This document shows, piece after piece, positions 57,459-64,000 of a DNA stretch of 64,000 nt (the first letter of the stretch is position 1; each line of letters opens with the position of its first letter). The stretch comes from Candidatus Solibacter usitatus (lineage in GTDB: Bacteria > Acidobacteriota > Terriglobia > Bryobacterales > Bryobacteraceae): assembly GCA_016191645.1 (NCBI GenBank), contig JACPVQ010000044.1, forward strand, positions 1,371-65,370, read 5' to 3'. Under the pieces are notes generated by a model. That model was not told the origin of the DNA and did no database searches. It was given only the letters and a program-made list of their open reading frames with translations. The position numbers and the translations under genes are program-made.

Positions 57459-58886
57459 ATGTCATTTACGCGTCGGCATTTTCTTTCCAGCCTGGTTGCG
57501 GCTCCATTGCCTGCCGCGCCTCGTCTCCCCAACATTATATTCATCCTGATCGACGATTACGGCTGGCGCGATACAAGCTACAACGGCAGCACTTATTATC
57601 AGACCCCAAATGTGGACCGTCTGGCGCGCTCTGGCATGGTCTTTACCAATGGCTATTCGGCAAGCCCGGTCTGCTCTCCCACGCGCGCCGCAATCATGAC
57701 GGGAAAGTATCCGGCGCGGCTCCATGTCACGGCTCATTTGCAGGGAGCGACGAACCGTTTTCATTATTCCAAGGTCTTGCAGCCCAATGCACGTCTGGCG
57801 CTGCCTCTGGCTGAAATTACCATCGCCGAGTTGCTGCGCGGAAAGGGATACCGCTGCGCCTGCATCGGAAAATGGCATCTGGGAGCGAAAGGGTTCTTGC
57901 CGGGGGACCAGGGGTTCGACGTCGCCTACGCGGGGGACGAGGCGGGCTCCACGTCCAGCTTCTTTTATCCCCAATGGAGGTCGAAAGTGCCGTTGGAGGG
58001 ACAGGACGGCGATTACCTCACCGACCGCCTGACGGCTCTCGCCGTGAACTTCATCCGCGAGAACAAGGACCGGCCGTTCTTTCTCTACTTGCCGCACTTC
58101 GCCGTGCATACACCCATTGAAGGGAAGCCGGACAAAGTCCGCAAATTCGACGCTCTGTCGGACCCGGCGAATCCGCAGAACTATGGCGAGTATGCCGCAA
58201 TGATAGAGAGCATTGATGAGAGCACCGGACGCGTGTTGGATACACTGGCCGAATTGGGGCTGGAAAAAGACACGCTGGTCATCTTTACCGCGGACAACGG
58301 CGGCGTCACCTCCCGCGAATGGAAGAAGCGGCCCATCACATCGAATCTGCCTTTGCGATCTGGCAAAGGGCATTTGTACGAAGGCGGCATTCGCGTTCCC
58401 ACCGTTGTCCGCTGGGAAGGTGTGACCAAAGCCGGCAGCACCTGCGACACTCCCATTCAAAGCATCGATTACGCGCCAACCATCGCTGAGGCGGCGGGCA
58501 TCGAGCGCATGCGTCTTCCCAGGATGGATGGAAGGTCCTTTGTGCCCTTGCTCAAAGGTGGAGAGATGCCGCGCCGCGACCTCTTTTGGCATTTTCCGCA
58601 CTACAGTCCGCAATTGGGTAAGCCGTCGGCGGCCATTCGCAATGGCGACGACAAACTGATTCTGTTCTTCGAGGATTCGCGCGTGGAACTTTATGACCTG
58701 AAGGGCGACATAGGGGAAACGAACGACCTCGCCAAGTCACGGCCGGAGAAAGCGGCGGCCATGCGAAGGCGTTTGGAGGCATGGCTTGTCGAAACAAAGG
58801 CTCAGATTCCGCGAACGAATCCGAAATACGATCCGGCCCGGGAACGCGAAGCGGGTCCGCCGGATGGCGCAACCACGGCGAAGTGA
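57459..58886 (+). CDS. Cys-type (formylglycine) sulfatase
   Basis: Tat-like RRHFL signal. IIFILIDDYGW, the CSPTRAAIMTG formylglycine motif, and KWHLG. Confidence 0.92.
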   Translation: MSFTRRHFLSSLVAAPLPAAPRLPNIIFILIDDYGWRDTSYNGSTYYQTPNVDRLARSGMVFTNGYSASPVCSPTRAAIMTGKYPARLHVTAHLQGATNRFHYSKVLQPNARLALPLAEITIAELLRGKGYRCACIGKWHLGAKGFLPGDQGFDVAYAGDEAGSTSSFFYPQWRSKVPLEGQDGDYLTDRLTALAVNFIRENKDRPFFLYLPHFAVHTPIEGKPDKVRKFDALSDPANPQNYGEYAAMIESIDESTGRVLDTLAELGLEKDTLVIFTADNGGVTSREWKKRPITSNLPLRSGKGHLYEGGIRVPTVVRWEGVTKAGSTCDTPIQSIDYAPTIAEAAGIERMRLPRMDGRSFVPLLKGGEMPRRDLFWHFPHYSPQLGKPSAAIRNGDDKLILFFEDSRVELYDLKGDIGETNDLAKSRPEKAAAMRRRLEAWLVETKAQIPRTNPKYDPAREREAGPPDGATTAK

Positions 58887-58913
58887 GCCGCGCCAAGCAT
58901 ACAATACTCACAT

Positions 58914-60245
58914 ATGAACATTCTCCCGCGGCGGCGCGATGTGATTGCCGCTCCGCTGCTCCTTGCCCTACGCGGCCGGGCCGCGGAGAAGGACACGAAC
59001 TGGCCTTCCTTTCGCGGACCCGATGCATCGGGCGTTGCCGAGGGCTTCCCGCTTCCTGTGAAATGGAAGACCCGCTGGAAGACCGCGGTGCCGGGACTGG
59101 GACATTCGAGCCCCATCATTTGGGGCAACCGGTTGTACGTCGCAACGGCTGTCAGCGCATCAGGCAAACCGCCGTTGAAACTGGGTCTCTATGGCGACCG
59201 TGACGCCGCCGACGACAATGGCGAACAATCGTGGAAGATTCTCTGCTTCGACAAAATATCCGGCAGGTTGTTGTGGGAACGGACGACGCGCAAGACTTCC
59301 CCGCGCGCGCAGCGGCACTTGAAGGCGACGCATGCCAACACGACACTTTCCACCGACGGGCGCGTCATCGTGGCGTTCTTCGGATCGGAGGGGCTGCATT
59401 GCTATTCGATGGAGGGCAGCCTGCATTGGTCGAAAGACCTGGGGACCATCAACGTCAGCAAGTACGGCGTCGGATGGGGATATGCAAGCTCCCCGGCGCT
59501 GCATGGGGATCGCATCGTAGTGCAGTGCGATGCGCCGGACAATGCGTATCTCGCTTCCTATCGTGTGTCGAGCGGCGAAGAGGTCTGGCGGGTGCCGCGC
59601 GGGCAGATGTGCGAGCGTTCCTGGGCCACGCCTTTGGTCTACCGGGAAGCGACGCGAACGCAGGTGGTCGCCAACGGGTGGCCGTACGTGGTCAGCTACG
59701 ATTTCGAAACCGGGAAAGAATTGTGGCGATTGAAGGGCGGAGGAGACAACCCGATCCCGTCGCCGTTTCCCGCTCTTGGGATGATCTACGTTGCCAACGG
59801 ACACGGCGCCGAGGCGCCTGTTTGGGCCATCCGGCCCGGCGCTTCCGGGGATATTTCCCTGTCCAGTGGAGAGCAGTCGAACAAACACGTCGCCTGGAGC
59901 GATCGCCGTGCGGGCGCATACATCCAAACGCCGCTGGTGTATCGGGATTGGCTCTATAGCGGAGCGAACAATGGAGTGCTGAAATGTTTTGACGCCAGAA
60001 ACGGCAAGCTGCATTACGAGCAGCGGCTGGGCGGCGGCCTGTCGGGTTTCTCCGCCTCTCCCGTCGCGGGCGACGGAAAAATCTATTGTTGCTCGGAAGA
60101 GGGCGACGTATATGTAATCGAAGCCGCGGCCGCATACAAGGAACTGGCGCGCAACCGCTTCGACGATTCCATCATGGCTTCGCCCGCAATTTCCGAAGGC
60201 TCGCTCTACTTCCGCACGCGCGCATCTCTCATCGCCGTGAGTTGA
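58914..60245 (+). CDS. PQQ-like beta-propeller repeat protein (BamB-like fold)
   Basis: 443 aa. WPSFRGPDASG near the N-terminus, repeated blades with W/G patterns, and a C-terminal SPAISEGSLYFRT. Confidence 0.8.
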   Translation: MNILPRRRDVIAAPLLLALRGRAAEKDTNWPSFRGPDASGVAEGFPLPVKWKTRWKTAVPGLGHSSPIIWGNRLYVATAVSASGKPPLKLGLYGDRDAADDNGEQSWKILCFDKISGRLLWERTTRKTSPRAQRHLKATHANTTLSTDGRVIVAFFGSEGLHCYSMEGSLHWSKDLGTINVSKYGVGWGYASSPALHGDRIVVQCDAPDNAYLASYRVSSGEEVWRVPRGQMCERSWATPLVYREATRTQVVANGWPYVVSYDFETGKELWRLKGGGDNPIPSPFPALGMIYVANGHGAEAPVWAIRPGASGDISLSSGEQSNKHVAWSDRRAGAYIQTPLVYRDWLYSGANNGVLKCFDARNGKLHYEQRLGGGLSGFSASPVAGDGKIYCCSEEGDVYVIEAAAAYKELARNRFDDSIMASPAISEGSLYFRTRASLIAVS

Positions 60246-60288
60246 GCCTTGCGTGTGGGGCGGAAATTTTAGGCGTAGAATTGCACTT

Positions 60289-63200
60289 ATGGTGCAGTTC
60301 CCTGGGATTTCCCGCCGCTCTCTCTTTCTTCTTGCCGCGATCTGTGTTTCCGGGCTGGTTGCCCAGAACGGCGGCAAGCGTCCTCTCACCCACCGCGATT
60401 ACGATGCCTGGAAGAGCATAGCGAGCCAGCGGCTCTCCGACGACGGAGTGCATTTGGCGTACATGCTGGTTCCTCAGGAAGGCGATTCCGAAGTGGTTCT
60501 GAAGAATCTTCAGACAGGTGCGGAGAAACGCTTCAATGCCGGAGCGCGGCCAGCCCCCGCCGGCGGCGCGGCGGAGAGTGAACCAGGGGAGCCAACCACT
60601 CCTTCTCCGGGTGCCGGACCAGGCGGGCTCCCGCGCGGCGGAACCGTGTCGTTCACCTCCGACAGCAAGTATCTGATCTTCACGACGTATGCTCCCAAAG
60701 CCGCGCAGGATCAGGCTCGCAAGGAGCGCAAGAGGCCGGACGAGATGCCGAAAGGCGCGTTGAAGATTGTCACCGTTGCGACCGGAGATGCGGCTAGCGT
60801 TCCGGGGATTCGCAGCTTTCAAACCGCGGAGTCGAACGCACAATGGCTGGCGTATTTGAAGGAGCCGCCCGCGCCTGCGCCCACCGCTGCCGGCGCAGCG
60901 AAAAAAGAGAATGATCAACGCCGGGGAGCAGGCGCGGCGGCCGCGGGCGCAGGGGGCGCGCAGCGTCCTACTCTTGGCTCCGATCTGACACTTCGTGATT
61001 TGAATGGAGGCGCGGAAAAGACTTTCGCCGACGTGACCGAGTATTCGTTATCGAAGGATGGCGCTGACCTCCTCTACACCGTAAGTTCGAAACAGGAAGA
61101 ATCCAACGGAGTCTACTCGGTGGCCACATCATCGGGAGAACCAAAAGCGCTGCTTGGCGGCAAAGGCAGGTACCAACGTCTCGCATGGGACGAGAAACAG
61201 ACGCAGGCAGTTTTCCTGAGCAGCCGTGACGACGCGGCCGCACGGCAGCCGAAATACAAGATCTATCATTGGACTCGCGGTGCAACGGCGGCCGCCGCGC
61301 TCGCCGATGCCGAGATGGCTGGCGTCCCACGAGGCTGGGTGATCAGCGACAGGGCTGCGGTAAGTTTTGCCAAGGATGGCAACCGGCTGTTCTTCGGCAC
61401 CGCGCCTGCGGCTCCCGCGCGGCCCGCGGCCGGCGTCGAAGCGCAGAGCAATGACAAGCCCGTCGCCGATCTTTGGCATTGGAAAGACGACAACGTGCAG
61501 CCCATGCAGAAGGTACGCGCGGAGCAGGAACGCAACCGCTCCTACCGCGCCGTGATTGGCCTCAGAGACAAGAAGATCGTGCAACTGGCCGACGCTACAA
61601 TGTCCGATTTGACGCTCAGCGAGGACACCAATTACGGCATCGGCTCGGATGATCGCGAGTACAAGCAACTGGTGGAATACGATGAACGGCACAGCGATCA
61701 GTATTGGGTGGATGTGGCGACGGGCGCAAGAAAACTGTTACTGCGCGCCCACCGCGGGACGCTCTCGCCATCGCCCGATAACAAATGGGCTGTGACCTTC
61801 AACGGCAAGGACTGGCTGAGCATCGAGGTAGCTAACGGCCGCTCGCGGAATCTGACAGAGAGTTTCAACGTGGCCTTCGGCAACGAAGATTACGATATGA
61901 CCGGCACGCGCAACTCCTACGGAATGGCGGGCTTCACGAAAGATTCCAAGTATGTTCTGCTCTACGATCGTTACGATGTGTGGCAGGTTTCACCGGACGG
62001 CTCCGGCGCGCGCATGCTCACCGATGGCCAGGGCCGGCTCAAAAAGATCCAATTCCGCTACGTGAAGCTTGGCGACGAAGAGACTCCGGCCGTTGGCGGC
62101 CGCGGCGGATTCGGTGGATCATCGCGCAACGTGATCGATCCCGCCAAGCCCGTGCTGCTGCGCGCGGAGCACCTGGAGACGCGCGAAACCGGGTTCTGGG
62201 AAGACCGCGTCGATGGATCAGAGCCGCCGAAGCAGCTCATCATGGCGGCCAAGTCGTTTGGCACGCCGGCCAAGGCGAAAAAGGCGGACGTCCTGATTCT
62301 GACCGCGTCGCGCTTCGACGAGTTCGGTGATGTGCTGGTCACAAACGCGAAGTTCGAATCGCCGCGAAAGGTTACGAGTGCCAATCCGCAGAAGGCGCAA
62401 TTCGCATGGGGCAAGGCCGAATTGATTCGCTATCGCAATCAGGATGGCGTGGAATTGCAGGCGGCGCTTTACAAGCCGGACAATTTCGATCCGTCGAAAA
62501 AGTATCCGATGATGGTCTACATCTACGAACGTCTATCGCAAGGCGTTCATCGCTTCGTGACACCCGCCCCCAGCCACAGCGTCAACATCAGCTACTACGT
62601 GAGCAATGGATATGTTGTGCTGACTCCCGATATCGCCTACACTCTGGGCTATCCCGGCGAGAGCGCGCTCAAATGCGTCATCCCGGCGATTCAGGCAGTG
62701 GTGGACAAGGGCGGAATTAACGAAGATGCCATCGGCATTCAAGGCCACAGTTGGGGCGGCTATCAGATCGCCTACATGATCACGCAGACCAAACGTTTCA
62801 AAGCCGCTTCGGCCGGAGCGCCGGTGGCGAACATGATCAGCGCCTACGACGGCATTCGCTGGGGATCGGGCCTGCCGCGGCAATTCCAATATGAGCGCAG
62901 CCAGAGCCGCATCGGCGGCAGCATCTGGCAGTATCCGCTGCGCTTCATTGAGAACTCGCCCATCTTCCACGCCGACAAAGTGCGCACGCCGTTGCTGATG
63001 CTTCACAACGACAATGACGACGCCGTGCCGTGGTATCAGGGCGTGGAATATTTCCTCGCGCTGCGCAGGCTGGGCCGCGAGGTCTACCTCTTCAACTACA
63101 ACGGCGAACCGCATGGAATTCGCAAGCGTCCGAACCAGAAGGACTACACCATGCGTTTGCAGCAGTTCTTCGATTACCACTTGAAAGGCGCTCCAATGCC

Positions 63201-63297
63201 GGACTGGATGCAGCGAGGCATTCCTTATCTGGAGCGGGAACAGGAGAAGGAGAAATGGATCAAGTCAACGGAGCCCGCGGTTAGCGGCGCGCAATAA
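60289..63297 (+). CDS. S9-family serine peptidase (prolyl oligopeptidase / dipeptidyl aminopeptidase-like)
   Basis: Signal peptide from ATG 60289 and a long N-terminal propeller. The catalytic triad context is GIQGHSWGGYQ (Ser), HNDNDDAVP (Asp) and NGEPHGI (His). Confidence 0.88.
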   Translation: MVQFPGISRRSLFLLAAICVSGLVAQNGGKRPLTHRDYDAWKSIASQRLSDDGVHLAYMLVPQEGDSEVVLKNLQTGAEKRFNAGARPAPAGGAAESEPGEPTTPSPGAGPGGLPRGGTVSFTSDSKYLIFTTYAPKAAQDQARKERKRPDEMPKGALKIVTVATGDAASVPGIRSFQTAESNAQWLAYLKEPPAPAPTAAGAAKKENDQRRGAGAAAAGAGGAQRPTLGSDLTLRDLNGGAEKTFADVTEYSLSKDGADLLYTVSSKQEESNGVYSVATSSGEPKALLGGKGRYQRLAWDEKQTQAVFLSSRDDAAARQPKYKIYHWTRGATAAAALADAEMAGVPRGWVISDRAAVSFAKDGNRLFFGTAPAAPARPAAGVEAQSNDKPVADLWHWKDDNVQPMQKVRAEQERNRSYRAVIGLRDKKIVQLADATMSDLTLSEDTNYGIGSDDREYKQLVEYDERHSDQYWVDVATGARKLLLRAHRGTLSPSPDNKWAVTFNGKDWLSIEVANGRSRNLTESFNVAFGNEDYDMTGTRNSYGMAGFTKDSKYVLLYDRYDVWQVSPDGSGARMLTDGQGRLKKIQFRYVKLGDEETPAVGGRGGFGGSSRNVIDPAKPVLLRAEHLETRETGFWEDRVDGSEPPKQLIMAAKSFGTPAKAKKADVLILTASRFDEFGDVLVTNAKFESPRKVTSANPQKAQFAWGKAELIRYRNQDGVELQAALYKPDNFDPSKKYPMMVYIYERLSQGVHRFVTPAPSHSVNISYYVSNGYVVLTPDIAYTLGYPGESALKCVIPAIQAVVDKGGINEDAIGIQGHSWGGYQIAYMITQTKRFKAASAGAPVANMISAYDGIRWGSGLPRQFQYERSQSRIGGSIWQYPLRFIENSPIFHADKVRTPLLMLHNDNDDAVPWYQGVEYFLALRRLGREVYLFNYNGEPHGIRKRPNQKDYTMRLQQFFDYHLKGAPMPDWMQRGIPYLEREQEKEKWIKSTEPAVSGAQ

Positions 63298-63309
63298 AAC
63301 ATCGCGGAA

Positions 63310-64000
63310 ATGGGAAAGCGCAAGAGCAAGTACCAGAGCCTGTTCGATCATTCCTGCAGCGGGTTGACGCTGCATAAGCTCATTTATGACGAACAGGGCT
63401 TAGCAGTAGACTTCGAGTTTCTGAAGGCCAATGCGGCATTCGAGAAGCTGCTGGGGATCTCTCCATCTACCGTTATTGGGAAACGGGTTTCCACGCTTTT
63501 CCCGGGCTTTCTGTCACCACCGATCCTGGGAAAACTGCAGCACATGGTGCAGAGCGGTGAACCGTACAGCGCTGAGAGGTTCTACCCGAGCCTCAACAGG
63601 TACTTTGAAGTCAGCGTATTCCCGCTTTACGCGGAAATTTTCGCCGTCTCCTTTCAGGAGGTGACCGAGCGTTGCCGCGCGGTGGAAGCGCTAAAGGCCA
63701 GCGAGCAGAGGTTTCGCACGCTGTTGGACTCCGTTCCCGCGGGTGTCTTTGTGACCAATGAGAAAGGAGACGTTGTACTAGGAAACAAGCACGCCTATCA
63801 CACATTGGGTGTGACGGACCAAGAAAGGAACACGATCACGCAATTGGAAAACTGGGAGCTCGTGGATGAGTCCGGAACCCCAGTAGAGCGCAAGGGGACG
63901 GTGTGGGGAAAGGTGTTGCGGGAGGGAGCACCGGTGCGCAATGTAGTACGAGGCATCCGCATGTCAGATCCCCAAAAGGCGCGCTGGCTCCTGGTCAACG
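63310..64000 (+). CDS. PAS-domain sensor protein, N-terminal part (open at the window end)
   Basis: My own translation from ATG 63310 gives MGKRKSKYQSLFDHSCSGLTLHKLIYDEQGLAVDFEFLKANAAFEKLLGIS...EQRFRTLLDSVPAGVFVTNEKGDVVLGN. That is two PAS-like modules with no stop before 64000. It is not in the ORF track because it is open-ended. Confidence 0.7.
   Translation, partial: MGKRKSKYQSLFDHSCSGLTLHKLIYDEQGLAVDFEFLKANAAFEKLLGISPSTVIGKRVSTLFPGFLSPPILGKLQHMVQSGEPYSAERFYPSLNRYFEVSVFPLYAEIFAVSFQEVTERCRAVEALKASEQRFRTLLDSVPAGVFVTNEKGDVVLGNKHAYHTLGVTDQERNTITQLENWELVDESGTPVERKGTVWGKVLREGAPVRNVVRGIRMSDPQKARWLLVN

Overview
This is a high-GC (roughly 60%) bacterial chromosome segment. Its gene content looks Acidobacteriota-like (Solibacter/Bryobacter type). 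That placement is an inference from three things: the DUF1549/DUF1553 + DUF1501 gene pair, a very large PVC-type CxxCH heme-binding protein, and the hopanoid operon. All product calls come from reading motifs in the supplied translations; no database search was possible.

I support about 50 protein-coding genes, nearly all of them core housekeeping:
- tilS-ftsH
- gltX/glnS
- murB
- Rne/Rng ribonuclease
- mreC-mreD-mrdA-rodA
- an 8-gene hopanoid operon (ispH-shc-hpnA-hpnG-ADH-ADH-hpnC-hpnD)
- three sensor/regulator genes
- gdhA-mutS-anmK
- several secreted hydrolases (M14 peptidase, sulfatase, S9 peptidase)
- PQQ/cytochrome c redox proteins

I saw no rRNA, tRNA, CRISPR array, transposase, integrase or phage genes.

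Features that ordinary gene annotation does not explain:
1. A family of 133-163 bp intergenic elements built from chains of short GC-rich hairpins around a TCTCCAGA/TCTGGAGA core. There are three full copies and one fragment, and paired stem positions differ between copies in a compensatory way.
2. Two zinc-type alcohol dehydrogenases translationally coupled directly behind hpnG inside the hopanoid operon. They are candidates for the unassigned ribosylhopane-to-bacteriohopanetetrol reduction step.
3. An RNase G-sized ribonuclease carrying an insertion of about 330 aa of charged, low-complexity sequence inside its S1 domain.
4. A MazF/RHH toxin-antitoxin pair at the left edge, and a second, orphan RHH-like small ORF coupled to murB.

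The many long ORFs antisense to real genes are treated as high-GC artefacts.
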